From NCBI GenBank assembly GCA_963714275.1, contig CAVQNT010000003.1:222034-286033 (forward strand): DNA of 64,000 bases, read 5' to 3'. The notes below the pieces were generated by a model that was given only the letters and a program-made list of their open reading frames with translations, made no database searches and was not told the origin of the DNA. This DNA is from Candidatus Bathyarchaeota archaeon (GTDB lineage Archaea; Thermoproteota; Bathyarchaeia; Bathyarchaeales; DTEX01). Positions 21,664-33,229 of the stretch are shown here, one piece after another. Each line of letters starts with the position of its first letter. Position 1 is the first letter of the stretch. The translations under genes and the position numbers were made by a program.

Positions 21664-22104
21664 TCAGATGTCGAGGATGAACTTTAAAACGACTTTACCG
21701 GGGGCTTCATTAACCTCCATGCGGTGATAAGTAACAGCTTTCACGCCGACCTTCTGCCTGTGCCTTTCAGGATCATATGGTTCGCCGTAAACCTTTGCTT
21801 CGAACCTGAAGCCGTCTTTGACTTGTTGAATTCTGTGGATTCTAAACTTTGAAAAAAGTATTCCTTCCACCTCGAACATTACGAGAAGCCGTTCAAGCCA
21901 ATCGTAAAGCAGAGCCTGCTTGTCCGTGCCCTTTGCCGCAACGGTTTTTTCGTTTAAGGGTCCTATGGCTTTTGTGTCAGTCATAGTTTCAAACATGGCC
22001 AGAGCCGCGTTCTCGAAGGCTTCAGCCAAGTCCTCGCCGTAGGCAGCGATGTAAGCGTCTGCTGTGTGCTCGAGGAACTCGAATCCCTTCTTTTTTTTGG
22101 GCAT
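21664..22104 (-). CDS. Archease (RtcB cofactor)
   Basis: FEFLEHTAD, VKAVTYH and C-terminal LDI. Confidence 0.93.
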   Translation of the reverse strand: MPKKKKGFEFLEHTADAYIAAYGEDLAEAFENAALAMFETMTDTKAIGPLNEKTVAAKGTDKQALLYDWLERLLVMFEVEGILFSKFRIHRIQQVKDGFRFEAKVYGEPYDPERHRQKVGVKAVTYHRMEVNEAPGKVVLKFILDI

Positions 22105-22274
22105 GGGCGTGAACCCTCGCATCTTAATGTTTGTACTTTTTTTGGCGTTGCATTAGTGACTCGGAAACCAAACGTTAAAGTTGAGTCTTCATAATGGGCT
22201 TGTGAGACAATATTTATGTTACAGACCGTTATAAAAGTAAACTACAGTACCATTAAAGACGACAACGAAAGGAG

Positions 22275-22879
22275 ATGTCAAAAAAATACCCAGCGTACTC
22301 GTAACGTATGATTCGCAGTCAGGAAACACCGAAAAAGCGGCAGTTCTGGTAGCTGAGGGCGCAAGGCAAGTAGATGGAATCGACTGCGTCCTCAAAAGGG
22401 TTGACGAAGTTTCCTTAGACGATCTCTCGAAAGCGGACGGAATAATCGTCGGGTCACCGACCTACTATGGAACCATGAGCGCAAAAATCAAGGCGCTTCT
22501 TGACAAAAGCGTTGAGCTTCACGGCAAGCTTCAGGGAAAGGTCGGAGCTGCCTTCACTTCTTCCGGAGGAACCGCGACAGGCGCAGAAACCACGATACTT
22601 TCAATACTGCAGGGGCTCTTAATTCACGGCATGATTGTTCAAGGCTCGCCACACGCTCAACACTATGGATTAGCAGTGGTTGGGGCACCAAAAGAGAAAG
22701 ACAAGGACATGTGCATAGAATTCGGAGCCAGAATATCAAAGCTAACAATAAAAATAGCTGAGCAGAGAATAGCTAAAAACATCCATACTATTTTTGTTTT
22801 ATCCAAGTTTCATCGATTTTTTACAGAAACCACTATCTTTTTGTTTTTCTGGATTATTGCGAACCCGTCTTTTGCATGA
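22275..22879 (+). CDS. WrbA-like flavodoxin / NAD(P)H oxidoreductase (5' end out of frame, probably A-run indel)
   Basis: YDSQSGNTEK upstream of the called ORF, GSPTYYG and GKVGAAFTS. Confidence 0.82.
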
Positions 22880-22979
22880 TGCTGGTTACAGGATTCAAAA
22901 ATCTTTTACATAGCCTCAGACATAATTTTAAGATATTATAAAAGAAAATAATTGATTGCTGTTGCGCGTTGGGGTTGTT

Positions 22980-24251
22980 ATGAAAGCTGTTGTCTTGGCA
23001 GCTGGCGAGGGTCAAAGGCTGCGTCCTCTCACTTGCACCCGTCCTAAACACATGATCCAAGTGACTGGAAAACCGCTTCTTGAGCATCTCCTTTCCGCAT
23101 TGAAAGAGGCGGGTTTAACGGACATTGTGATGGTTGTCAACTACAAAGCTGAACGAATACAAAAATACTTCAAAGACGGAAAAAATTTTGGCTTAAAAAT
23201 CGAGTATGCCAACCAAAAAGAGATGAAGGGGACAGCTAACGCCTTCGGCATGGCGGAAAATCATGTAAAAGGCGACTTCGTGGCGGTTTATGGGGACCTA
23301 CTCGTTACTTCTGACATAATTAAAGCAGCTCTCAAACTGCACAAAAAAGAAAAGCCAGCCGTAACAATGACTATCCTGCACATTGAAAGACCCGAAGAAT
23401 ACGGTGTCATAAAGGTTGATGGAAGCAGAATAACAGGAATCGTAGAAAAGCCTTCAGCGGAAGTTGCGGCGGGAAACCCGATTAATGCGGGAGTCTACGT
23501 GTTCTCTCCCGAAATCTTCGAAGCCATAAAACTAACAAAAAATTCTCCAAGAGGCGAACAGGAAATTACTGACTCGGTCCGAATGCTTATCGAGGCTGAT
23601 AGAAAGGTAGTTGCAGCTGAAATTTCAGGCAAAGAGTGGCGTGATGTTGGGAGACCTTGGGACCTTCTGGAAGCGAATGCCCATGTGCTTACAAAGACTA
23701 AACCCGAAATATTGGGCGAAGTCGAAGAAAACGTGCATCTTGCTGACTCCGTGTTCGTCGCTGAACATGCCAGAATCCGTTCAGGATCCTACATTGAGGG
23801 TCCAACTTACATTGGCGAAGGCAGCGACATCGGACCAAACTGCTACATCAGACCCTACACGAGCATAGGCAAGGGCGTCCGCGTCGGAAACGCCTGCGAA
23901 ATTAAAAACTGCATCATAATGGACAAAACTCACATTGGGCACCTTTCTTATATCGGCGATAGCGTCATCGGAGAAGACTGCAACATCGGTGCGGGAACAA
24001 TCACCGCGAACCTTAGGTTAGACGTTAAACCAGTCAAGATGGTTATAAGGGACGAGATTATTGATTCGGGAAGGTTAAAATTGGGCGTAATGATGGGCGA
24101 CGATGTGAAGACAGGAGTTGGAACGCTGCTGATGCCGGGCGTCAAGATTGGCTGCAACAGTTGGGTTGGACCGAATGTCATTGTAAACCGTGATGTACCA
24201 CCATACACAATCCTGATTGTTGACCAACAGCTCAGCCAAATAAGCCATTAG
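22980..24251 (+). CDS. glmU: Bifunctional sugar-1-phosphate nucleotidyltransferase/acetyltransferase (archaeal GlmU)
   Basis: LAAGEGQRLRPLT..RPK, VEKP, hexapeptide repeats and HLSYIGDS. Confidence 0.9.
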   Translation: MKAVVLAAGEGQRLRPLTCTRPKHMIQVTGKPLLEHLLSALKEAGLTDIVMVVNYKAERIQKYFKDGKNFGLKIEYANQKEMKGTANAFGMAENHVKGDFVAVYGDLLVTSDIIKAALKLHKKEKPAVTMTILHIERPEEYGVIKVDGSRITGIVEKPSAEVAAGNPINAGVYVFSPEIFEAIKLTKNSPRGEQEITDSVRMLIEADRKVVAAEISGKEWRDVGRPWDLLEANAHVLTKTKPEILGEVEENVHLADSVFVAEHARIRSGSYIEGPTYIGEGSDIGPNCYIRPYTSIGKGVRVGNACEIKNCIIMDKTHIGHLSYIGDSVIGEDCNIGAGTITANLRLDVKPVKMVIRDEIIDSGRLKLGVMMGDDVKTGVGTLLMPGVKIGCNSWVGPNVIVNRDVPPYTILIVDQQLSQISH

Positions 24252-24319
24252 TCGTTTACATTTTCCACAAGAATAGGGAAAGGTAATAAGGCTGATTTCC
24301 TGAGAATACTCTTGGACTG

Positions 24320-24751
24320 ATGCAGATGTCTGTGGCTGAAAGAAAATACGTTAACGAAGTTGCGTCTCTCATAGACAGGAACATCATAGTCATCACAACT
24401 GATAACAAAACATACACCGGAACCTTGCTAGGCGTAAACACGGAAAACCTCAGTCTTGTCCTCGGAAACGCGAAAGATCCTGAAGGCAAAGTCATCCCGA
24501 AAGCTGTGATAAGCGGAAGCATGGTTGCCCAAATCTTGTCGGTTGAGAAAGCCTTCGACCTTAGCGGACTTGCGAAAAGGCTTGAAAGAGTGTTCCCGCG
24601 GATGGTGAAGCTCTACGAAAAAGAAGGTTTCATCTGGGTCATGGACCGCGTCAAGGTAACAGAACAAGGCGTTGTTGAAGGCTCTGGACCCGCGGCCGAA
24701 AGGGTACAAAAAGTCCATTCGCAATTCATAAGCGAAGCCAAAGGAGAATAG
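24320..24751 (+). CDS. Sm-like protein with C-terminal domain (SmAP3 type)
   Basis: Sm fold followed by a C-terminal domain (V.E.GVVEGSGPAAER). Confidence 0.85.
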   Translation: MQMSVAERKYVNEVASLIDRNIIVITTDNKTYTGTLLGVNTENLSLVLGNAKDPEGKVIPKAVISGSMVAQILSVEKAFDLSGLAKRLERVFPRMVKLYEKEGFIWVMDRVKVTEQGVVEGSGPAAERVQKVHSQFISEAKGE

Positions 24752-24888
24752 ACGTACAAATATACCGAGACATGAATGCATGCTTAGTTTACACTATTTT
24801 TTGTCAACAATGAAGTCATCCAGAATCACGGATCCAAAGACGAGATTATCAGTGAATTCATGTTAATTCGGGATTTCAATGGTTTTAT

Positions 24889-26211
24889 TTAGAAACCTTT
24901 TAGGTATTTTGATTCTGCCTTGAACATTTCGTCGACCATGCTGCGAATTTCGTCTATCGATAACAGGGCGCTGGTTAACGGGTCCATGAGGATGGCTTGA
25001 AAAGCCAAGTTCTTGTCTTTTTCAACTGCAGCTAAGACTCCTAGCCCCTGAACGTTGATGTTTGTCCTGTTCAGGGCTGCGCACTGAGGAGGCAGTTTAC
25101 CTACGTAACACGGGTGGATTCCGTTCTTGTCAATCAGGCATGGAACCTCGACGCAACTGCCCTGAGGCAGATTCGTAATTAACCCGTTGTTTTTTACGTT
25201 GCCATTTATCTGCGTCAGCACTCCGGTTTCCATCGCGTAAATTATGCCTGAACAGTACTCGCCGCTTCTTCGGAGCGGAATTACCTCGTCGCTTTTTATT
25301 ATGCGCCTCATCTCTTCGTCCTGTCTCTTGCGTCCTTCACCCATATTTAGGGATCTGCCAGTTGGATCCGAGAGCTTGAACCTTTCGAAAAGCTCTGGGT
25401 TCTTCCTGAAGTACGGAACATACTCTGACATGTGCTGGCTTGACTCGGTGTTAAAGAACCCAAAAGCCTTGAAAATTTCTGCACGAACGATGTCAGGTCC
25501 AGCCCAATGAGCGTCTGGCTTCGAGTAAACTTTCGGGTCCTTAAATTTCTCCCTCAAAAGCGGGTATGCGTCTTCCCCACGCCACTTGAATTCTAAAAAC
25601 CAAGCCATGTGGTTTATGCCTGCAACCCAGTACGAAACCTCGTTGAACGGTGCCCCGATGTATCTGGACAATTCGGCAGCTGTTCCCTGCACGCTGTGGC
25701 ATAAGCCCACGTTTTTAATGCGTGTATAATCGTTCATTGCCCAGCAGAGCATAGCCATAGGGTTCGTGTAATTAATCAACAAAGCCTCTGGGCAAACGTC
25801 TTCCATGTCGTGACAAATGTCCAGAAGAACGGGAATGTGGCGAAGCCCATAGAACACTCCTCCCGGACCAATCGTGTCGCCGATGCCCTGTTTCACGCCG
25901 TACTTTGCGGGTATCATAAGGTCCGGAACATTCACTTCTAATCCTCCGACTCTAATGGAAACAATGACGTAGTCAGCTCCTTCAAGGACGGTTCTGCGGT
26001 CAGTGGTTGACTCCAACTTGGTTTCCAGACCGTGTTGCTTAACGAGCTTCTTGGCGAACGCTGTTGTCATGTCTAAAGCTTCTTTGTTGATGTCCATTAG
26101 AGAAAGAGTGCAGCTTCTAAACTCTGGGTAGGACAGAAAGTCCGTGATTAAGTTCCTCGAAAAAACGTGACTTCCAGCACCGATAATGACAATTTTGGTC
26201 AAAGCTAACAC
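24889..26211 (-). CDS. melA: GH4 alpha-galactosidase/alpha-glucosidase
   Basis: IIGAGS, DTIGPGG, NYTNP, GLCHS and GINH motifs. Confidence 0.9.
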   Translation of the reverse strand: MLALTKIVIIGAGSHVFSRNLITDFLSYPEFRSCTLSLMDINKEALDMTTAFAKKLVKQHGLETKLESTTDRRTVLEGADYVIVSIRVGGLEVNVPDLMIPAKYGVKQGIGDTIGPGGVFYGLRHIPVLLDICHDMEDVCPEALLINYTNPMAMLCWAMNDYTRIKNVGLCHSVQGTAAELSRYIGAPFNEVSYWVAGINHMAWFLEFKWRGEDAYPLLREKFKDPKVYSKPDAHWAGPDIVRAEIFKAFGFFNTESSQHMSEYVPYFRKNPELFERFKLSDPTGRSLNMGEGRKRQDEEMRRIIKSDEVIPLRRSGEYCSGIIYAMETGVLTQINGNVKNNGLITNLPQGSCVEVPCLIDKNGIHPCYVGKLPPQCAALNRTNINVQGLGVLAAVEKDKNLAFQAILMDPLTSALLSIDEIRSMVDEMFKAESKYLKGF

Positions 26212-26298
26212 CTAACCAGAATTATATGATATATAATGCTTAATTCACTTGTGCTGTCTTAGGTCCACTTGGGCATCATGAAACAATACTTTGGGTTT

Positions 26299-27049
26299 CT
26301 AGATGAACCATTCAGGCTTCAGTTCTTCCTTCCTCTGTTCTTTGGCTAAGGCTCCAAAATCGAAGGGTGAAAGAAAATCAGCCAGCTCCTCAGCGTCCCT
26401 CAGGTCTTCAAAATCAAGCTTCAACCCTAAAGGCGCAGAGACCGCCTTCAAAACCGCCTTTGCAGCTTCCATGTCTAAACTAGTTCCCTGAGTCTCAGCC
26501 AACAAGCAGAAGCCTTTCATTTCGCGGAGGGCTGCTAATCCTACAAGGAGACCAGCTATGCCATAGATTTCTCCGCCCAATTTTTGGGCGCCAAGGTTTG
26601 CTACTTCATGTGCGGTTTCAATGTCTGAGGCTGCGAAATAAAGTGTTGGCTCGTTCACTTTTCGTCCCGGTCTGTAGCCGCCTAAAGTGATGACGTAACG
26701 GCAGCCTAAGACTTTTTGCTGTGTCCAGTATGCTTCCGCAGAGTTCGTATTGTCCGCGTCGCGTTAAAGCTTGGGTGTTTCCGTATAGAAGGATCAGGTC
26801 TCGGCTGCACTTGTCGTCTGCTTTATGGTAATACATGTGGCAAAAAGGAGACTTCAGTGAACCGCCCTTGTCGGTTACTGAGACGTCGGGAAAAGAAGCA
26901 GACTTGACTTCGGCAAAAAATTTTGCACCAAGCTTTCGGATTAGGTAGGCTACTGCAATGTTTGCCACAAGCCCTATTCCGGGAAGACCCTCAAGCAACA
27001 CAGGGTCCTCGAGTTCAGGCTTTTCCGCCTGTCTAATAATGCAAGCCAT
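26299..27049 (-). CDS. PAC2-family proteasome assembly chaperone (frameshift near 26711)
   Basis: EGLPGIGLVA, ITLGGY and G.IYGIAGLLVG motifs. Confidence 0.87.
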
Positions 27050-27119
27050 GTTTACGGCACCTTAGGTTAAAGATGATTTCGACCTCAAAAAGGCTTTCGA
27101 TTTTAAGCTATGTAAGAAT

Positions 27120-27800
27120 TCAATGTTCGCAGCTCAGAGGAAAATATTCCCCGGTGAACGGTTTTCTTCTGTTCATGCATCTTTCTCTTGGACAATACTG
27201 GCAAGCATCATACTCTTGACGGGTTGCTGCGAGGATTCCGGAGACAGATTTTCTTGGAACCATCAGAAAACTGGGTGAGAGGTTTACTCCAACATTTTTT
27301 TGTGGGTCAAGAACTTCGAATAGAACCTTCTGTTGGTCGATGCCGAAAAGCTTGCCTGTTCCTGTACCTGGGCTGAAACCAGAAACGTTTCCTCCCAAAG
27401 TTTCTTCTACACGGGCTTTAACGTAAGTAGAGGTTTGTTTGAGGGCATAGTCGCCGGTCTGTTCAAGAACCCAGGCGTTGAGGATGCTCGTTTTTCCTTG
27501 CTTGGAAGCTTCTTGTTCGAGGTTTTCGCCTATTGTGGCAACGAATAATGCGATGGTTTGTCCCAGTTCAAGCGTGTCAGAAAGGATTATGCTCTGAACG
27601 TATTGTCCAGAATCTAACAAAACCCGTGTTTCTTTGATGGCTTTGACCTTGGCAAACGTGTAAACTGCCCGAGGACTAATCATCCCAAGACCTTTTTCGA
27701 TAATCGATTTTGCCTCTTGCTGCTTTTGCGTTCCGATTTTAAGAGTCTGAAAAACGTCATCAACGCAAATTTTTATAGGTAAAGGGTCAACGACGATCAT
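27120..27800 (-). CDS. Vitamin B12-dependent methionine synthase activation-domain-like protein
   Basis: FVATIG, FSPG, QQ.LF, GV.LS.SFLM.PRKSVSG and C-terminal CxxC..C. Confidence 0.85.
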   Translation of the reverse strand: MIVVDPLPIKICVDDVFQTLKIGTQKQQEAKSIIEKGLGMISPRAVYTFAKVKAIKETRVLLDSGQYVQSIILSDTLELGQTIALFVATIGENLEQEASKQGKTSILNAWVLEQTGDYALKQTSTYVKARVEETLGGNVSGFSPGTGTGKLFGIDQQKVLFEVLDPQKNVGVNLSPSFLMVPRKSVSGILAATRQEYDACQYCPRERCMNRRKPFTGEYFPLSCEH

Positions 27801-27946
27801 CGGGGATTCAGCCTTAACGCTTGTTGGTTTAATCTTTCAGAAGCGTTGAAGAATTTAAACATTGCATCAAGCCAATGCGGACGTTCTATTTTCCGCATAA
27901 CATAAATTCAGAGAAGGACAAACAATGCTGGATAGGTGAGTAGTGT

Positions 27947-28801
27947 ATGTTCAAGAATCTCAATCTTGGGGCACTGGGTCTTAAAGCTTCATTTTTTGAG
28001 GCTGTTGACTTGGCTAAAATCGGCGGATTCCAAGGCTTGGACATTGATATCTTCGAAATGGAAGGCATACTCAAAACAAAATCCGCTGAAGACGTAAAAA
28101 ACGTGCTTAAACAGAAAAAACTGAAACTGGGAGGCTGGGGGCTAGCGGTTGATTTCCGAAAGGGCGACGAGACCTTCCAGAAGGACCTTGACAAGCTCCC
28201 GTCCCTCGCTACAGTAGCAAAAAACGTGGAATGTTTCAGGATTTTTACGTGGATTATGCCTTGCTCGGACACATTGCCCTTCGAAGAACACTTTAGTCTG
28301 CATGTTGAAAGGCTTAAAGCAATGGCTGAAATTCTGGACGATTACGGGTGCGTTTTGGGACTTGAATTCGTCGGACCTAAGACTTCTCGGCTTAACCGCA
28401 AACATGAGTTCATCCACACGATGGACGGCATCCTAAAGCTGCGCGACGCCATGAAAGCTAAAAACGTTGGGCTTCTGCTGGACTGCTGGCACTGGTACAC
28501 TTCCCACGCGACGGTTGACCAGATTAAACGGCTTAAAAGCAACGATGTGGTCTACGTGCACGTTAACGATGCGCCCTCGGGAATTCAGGTTGACGAACAA
28601 GTAGACTGGGTCAGACGGTTGCCCGGGGAAACAGGGGTAATCGACATCGGGGGATTCCTGAAAGTTCTGAAACAGATCGGCTACGATGGACCAGTAACGC
28701 CGGAGCCTTTCGACAAAAGTCTTGCTGAAATGTCAGTTCAAGAGGCAGTTAAAAAAGTCGGCAAATCAATGGATAAGGTCTGGAAACAAGCGAAAATCTA
28801 A
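27947..28801 (+). CDS. Sugar phosphate isomerase/epimerase, TIM barrel
   Basis: LEFVGP, LLLDCWHW, VHVND, RRLPGETG and TPEPF motifs. Confidence 0.88.
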   Translation: MFKNLNLGALGLKASFFEAVDLAKIGGFQGLDIDIFEMEGILKTKSAEDVKNVLKQKKLKLGGWGLAVDFRKGDETFQKDLDKLPSLATVAKNVECFRIFTWIMPCSDTLPFEEHFSLHVERLKAMAEILDDYGCVLGLEFVGPKTSRLNRKHEFIHTMDGILKLRDAMKAKNVGLLLDCWHWYTSHATVDQIKRLKSNDVVYVHVNDAPSGIQVDEQVDWVRRLPGETGVIDIGGFLKVLKQIGYDGPVTPEPFDKSLAEMSVQEAVKKVGKSMDKVWKQAKI

Positions 28802-28862
28802 CTGCCTTTTAAAATTTTTATAATTCGTATTTCGAGCACCTTCTGACATTCATGTTTCTTAG

Positions 28863-29192
28863 TTAAGCTGGCGGAAAATAGTTTTTCAACAACGGTTCGA
28901 AGGCTTCCTGCGTTCTTGGTCCCAAGGCGCAGGCGTCGAAGTCTTTCTCGGCGATTGTTGCTAGGCAGTATTCTTTCGAGCAGAAGATTTCGGACATGAA
29001 GGTGGAGCGGCTGCCTGACTCGTCGACCAAGTATACGACGTTGGGTTCGAAGTCGCCAAGGTCCAAGTATATCGGGTCAGGGTGGGGAAACTGGTCGTGG
29101 GTGGCTCGGTAGTGCCTACGAATTTCTGAGGCTACATCCGATTTGGCTTGACCAATCACGAATGTCCCGCATTTTCGGCAGACAGACTGCAA
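28863..29192 (-). CDS. Hypothetical protein with N-terminal C2H2-like zinc site
   Basis: CRKC...HYRATH pattern; TTG start. Confidence 0.6.
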   Translation of the reverse strand: MQSVCRKCGTFVIGQAKSDVASEIRRHYRATHDQFPHPDPIYLDLGDFEPNVVYLVDESGSRSTFMSEIFCSKEYCLATIAEKDFDACALGPRTQEAFEPLLKNYFPPA

Positions 29193-29253
29193 ATGGCATA
29201 AATGTTAAAATAACAGCAGCTAACTTAAAAATTTTGACCCAAAAGCTAGCTAG

Positions 29254-29957
29254 CTAACATTCCACCATCTTCGGAAGCTTCTTGGCTTCTGCAACACTGC
29301 TCTCGGCTTCCTTGGGCAACGGAGCTATGCCATCGAAGCCTGTCCTTTCAACATAATCAATAAGCATGGCTCTTAACTTTTCGGGGTCCCATTTTGCCAT
29401 CTTCTCTATCGTGTCCACGCCTGCATCATAGTAGAGTCGTGCGCGGATGCCTTTTACTCCTTGAAGCCGCGCCAAGTCTGAAAGTTTAACAATCTCCAGA
29501 ACGGCTTCAGCGGGTACTCCAGTTTTTTCATGAGTTCTTCTCTTGCCTCGTGCGTTCGTCCCGCCTCAAGCATTTCTTTTACGTTTCGAATGCCTAGAAC
29601 TGCAAACTTCTCAACAAGCGCCGGGTTGATCCCGCGAAAATTTCTTAATGGAAAAGGCGTCGGTGTGATTCTCTGATTTCTCAATCTTCCAGCGAGATTC
29701 CGCATTTCTTCGTTTATGGTATAGTCATAGAAGTAGCATACACTATGCAGATAGTTTTTAGCGGAGCCTCTTTTCTTTTCTTCAACATATGAAACGAATG
29801 CTTCAAGGGCTTCAGGAGTTGCCTTGTCAATTTCCTCGCAGTCTCGTTGCTCTCGCAGGTATCGCTCGAACTCAGCCACCTGCGTAACAACATGCTTGGC
29901 TACGCTTTGAGACCTCCCACCCTTTTTCAAGAATTTTGCAAATGCATCCTCATTCAA
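29254..29957 (-). CDS. DUF4332-like helix-hairpin-helix protein (frameshift near 29522)
   Basis: FRGINP..KFAVLGI, then SDLARLQGVKGIRARLYYDAGVDT. Confidence 0.75.
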
Positions 29958-30178
29958 AGGACTCACTTCCACCGCCCCATTATGCAAGGGCCTAGTTCTT
30001 TTAAGACTTGTTCTTAACACAAAACGGATCAAAACAAAGAACAATGGAGAGTTGCAGGAGACATTTCCACATGGTTTAGAGTTTACATCTTCCCGCATTA
30101 TGGAAATAATTTTCATTTGAGTTATAGGTTAATGCAGATTCCGAGAAATTGGACTTCGACCCATTGACCATGGAATAG

Positions 30179-30251
30179 TAGCCCGGGAGAGATTCGAACT
30201 CTCGTCAGAGGCTCCAGAGGCCCCGATGCTTGGCCACTACACCACCGGGCT
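30179..30251 (-). tRNA. tRNA-Gln(CTG)
   Basis: A1-U72 acceptor stem AGCCCGG/CCGGGCT and anticodon loop CTCTGGA. Confidence 0.93.
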
Positions 30252-30330
30252 TAAATATCGAGCTTCTAACCTACAAAAAAATAAGATTGTACAGAAGAAT
30301 ATATTATTTCTTTTTCGTTTATGCAGCTGT

Positions 30331-30789
30331 TTACCTGTGTCTTCTTCTGCTTTTGAACGGGCGTGCTTCCGAGAGTTCCCACGGGATCTGGATGTGCGTT
30401 TTTTCTGAAAGGTTGTTTTTCGTGTTGACTTCAGGGATTTCTTTGTCTATTTTCGCTACGCGGTTGCCTCTGCCCACGTTCAGCCTCAGTGAGCCTTTGA
30501 CGAGTGTTGTGTAGCCGCCTTTCATTTCGATGACGTCGTTGGCTTTGAACATTCGGATCTGGTCGTCCCAAAGGGTCAGAATTACGGATCCAGTTTCGTC
30601 GCCGACTATGGCTTCAGCAATCAAGTGTTGCCTCGTGTCTCTTTTCGACGGAATACCCCTGGAAGAACCAATGCTTAAAATTTTGATGGTTAAATTTAAG
30701 TTTTGAAGGTTAGGTATCAAGCTGACAACTTTTGTTTGTTCCTCGATTGTCACGCCCACTTTGAACACTTCAAAGTCTTGTAGGGGCAT
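30331..30789 (-). CDS. Single OB-fold ssDNA-binding protein (crenarchaeal SSB/RPA-like)
   Basis: VGDETGSVILTLWD, GY...KG.LRLNVG and a basic tail. Confidence 0.85.
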   Translation of the reverse strand: MPLQDFEVFKVGVTIEEQTKVVSLIPNLQNLNLTIKILSIGSSRGIPSKRDTRQHLIAEAIVGDETGSVILTLWDDQIRMFKANDVIEMKGGYTTLVKGSLRLNVGRGNRVAKIDKEIPEVNTKNNLSEKTHIQIPWELSEARPFKSRRRHR

Positions 30790-30822
30790 CTCCTTATTAA
30801 GATGAATGGTGAAACAGCGGAA

Positions 30823-31966
30823 TCAAGATTCGAAAGAAGCGACGTAGTCGTTCCGTTTTTGCCTAATTTCGAGTACGATTTCCTTTGCCTTTTTGTAGGC
30901 GTCCTCCGCTTCGCTTTGGGACACGTCCTCAAGGTCAAACGCGTCAACCGCTCTTTCATAGATGTCGGGATGCGAAAGACCCGAATTTTTCAGCCTTTGG
31001 AAAAGGTAAGTAAAGTCGAACCGTTCCCCCTTTAAGGTGGAAAGCAGCCAAACATAATTCTCGAGCATGCTGATTGAGGCGCGGAACAGGTAGTGGGCTG
31101 CTTCTTCATACAGGCTGTCATTTATCAACGTGTTAGCACGGGTCTGCATGCCTTTGAGGAAACTTTCCCTGCAGTAATAGTTCAGGTCGTTCTTTACCTT
31201 GACGTGTATGGATTCGATTTTTGAGGAATTATCTTCAACGAAGCTGATGACGTTTTGCCACATGTCAGAAACGGAGCCTAACATGCCATCCGTGTCCTGT
31301 TTGCTGAGTCTGTTCAATCCAGCCATGTCGAGGTAATCCTCGTAAAACTCGTTTTTACCGAGTCTGATCGTTGCGGACTCCAGCATCCTAAGGTAACGGC
31401 TGTTCGAATAAGGTTTCCTCGCGACCTCCAAAAGAATCCTCATAACCGCGGCGAGGCTAAAAACCGCGCTGACCTTTGCACTTTGAAAATCATTCCTGTT
31501 GAGGGCTGCAACAACCCTGCTTAGGTAAGTGTCAGACTGCATGACGTAGTCCCCGATCCGCATCTCCGCCCGTTCAAGCGAATAATAGTTCTTTGCCATC
31601 AGGTTCTTCAGCTACCGCGAACTTGCCGTTACGGTCAAAAAGGACTTGAGCCTCGAAAAGTTTCTGGTCGATTTCGGGAGGAATCTGCCTCAAAACCCAC
31701 TTCGTGGGCACATAATCCAAGTCCAGAAAGACGTTTTCAAGTTCAGCGCGTTCCACATACTCGTAACTGAAGTCTCTTTCGTCCACGATGAGGAGGTCAA
31801 CGTCGCTGCTTAACGAAGCGTCTCCTCGGCTCCAACTGCCAAAAAGTCCAACGCCTACAACGGACTCTCTGGTCTCCAAGTCCTTCAATAACCGTTCAAG
31901 GACTTCTCGGGAGTTTTCAGGTAACCTTTCCAAACCGTTTCCCCCAGACAACCCTAAATTACCCAT
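30823..31966 (-). CDS. Nucleotidyltransferase-domain protein with helical C-terminal region (frameshift near 31610)
   Basis: LFGSWSRG...SDVDLL minimal NTase motif; the two ORFs overlap. Confidence 0.78.
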
Positions 31967-32235
31967 AATACCCTAATATAAATATCTGGGTCTATGACGG
32001 GAAATAATCATTCTTTACGTGAATCATTCTAATGATATAATCGGCTCTGGCGAAGTACTGATCTAACATTTACTTGAAAAACCGAAAGATTTATATATTA
32101 AAACAAATCCCTAAAGGAGGGACGCGAACTGATGAACTTGCCCCGATTCTGAACTTATGTTAAGAATCGTGTTTTGCGAGGTTCTTAAGTCAACAATACT
32201 CAATTTCGCATATCATTTAAAGGTGGAAAAAAAAT

Positions 32236-33180
32236 TTGGAAAAGAAAAAGAATCCAACACGCCCTCAACAGCTGATGGTCAACAAGTGCCCAGAATGTGA
32301 GAGCTCAAACCTCGTTCACGATTACGATTCTGGCGAAACCATCTGCGGAAGTTGCGGTCTCGTCGTCCAAGACGTCATGATGGACGAAGGACCAGAATGG
32401 CGGGCGTTCACGCAGGAAGAAAAAGAATCCCGAAGCCGTGTCGGCATACCAACCTCTTACTCAGTTCACGATAAAGGACTTTCAACGTCAATAGACAGGA
32501 TAGACCGAGACGCATTCGGACGCAAGCTGCCGTTGTCAACAAGGCTCCAGATGTGGCGACTCAGAAAGTGGCAAATAAGATCCCGCGTACACTCATCAAT
32601 CGACAGAAACCTTGCCCAAGCCATGACCGAACTCGACAGGCTGTCCGACAAGGTTTCAGCACCAGCCACCGTAAAGGAAAAAGCAGCCCTGATCTACCGC
32701 AAAGCTCTGGATGAAGGATTAGTACGTGGAAGATCAATTGCCGCCATCGCTGCGGCTTCTCTTTACGCTGCCTGCAGAACAACGGGCACGCCTAGAAACC
32801 TCCGCGAAATTTCTGAAGCAAGCCTCGTAGACAAGAAGGACGTTGCCAGATGCTACAGGCTGCTGCTTAGGAAGCTCGATTTCCGTATGCCGATTGCTGA
32901 TCCGCTCATTTACTTGACAAAGATTGCCCAAAGATCCAACATTTCAGGCCACATCCAATCTGACGCCGCAAGAATCATTAACGAAGCAAAGATCTTGCAC
33001 GCCTCAGCGGGGAAAGACCCCATGGGACTTGCAGCCGCCGCGCTCTACATTGCCTGCAAACAAGCTGGCGAAAAGAAAACCCAAAAGGAAATTGCTGACG
33101 CTGCGGGCGTAACTGAAGTAACCGTGAGAAACCGGTTCAAAAACCTTAAAAGGCAACTGAGGCTGGAACTCCCCGACTAG
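32236..33180 (+). CDS. tfb: Transcription initiation factor IIB
   Basis: CPEC..CGSCG zinc ribbon, PEWRAF, two cyclin repeats and VTEVTVRNR. Confidence 0.97.
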   Translation: MEKKKNPTRPQQLMVNKCPECESSNLVHDYDSGETICGSCGLVVQDVMMDEGPEWRAFTQEEKESRSRVGIPTSYSVHDKGLSTSIDRIDRDAFGRKLPLSTRLQMWRLRKWQIRSRVHSSIDRNLAQAMTELDRLSDKVSAPATVKEKAALIYRKALDEGLVRGRSIAAIAAASLYAACRTTGTPRNLREISEASLVDKKDVARCYRLLLRKLDFRMPIADPLIYLTKIAQRSNISGHIQSDAARIINEAKILHASAGKDPMGLAAAALYIACKQAGEKKTQKEIADAAGVTEVTVRNRFKNLKRQLRLELPD

Positions 33181-33229
33181 CCAGTCTTAGATTAGCCTTA
33201 ATTTTTTTTAACAAAATTATGTTCAGTAG

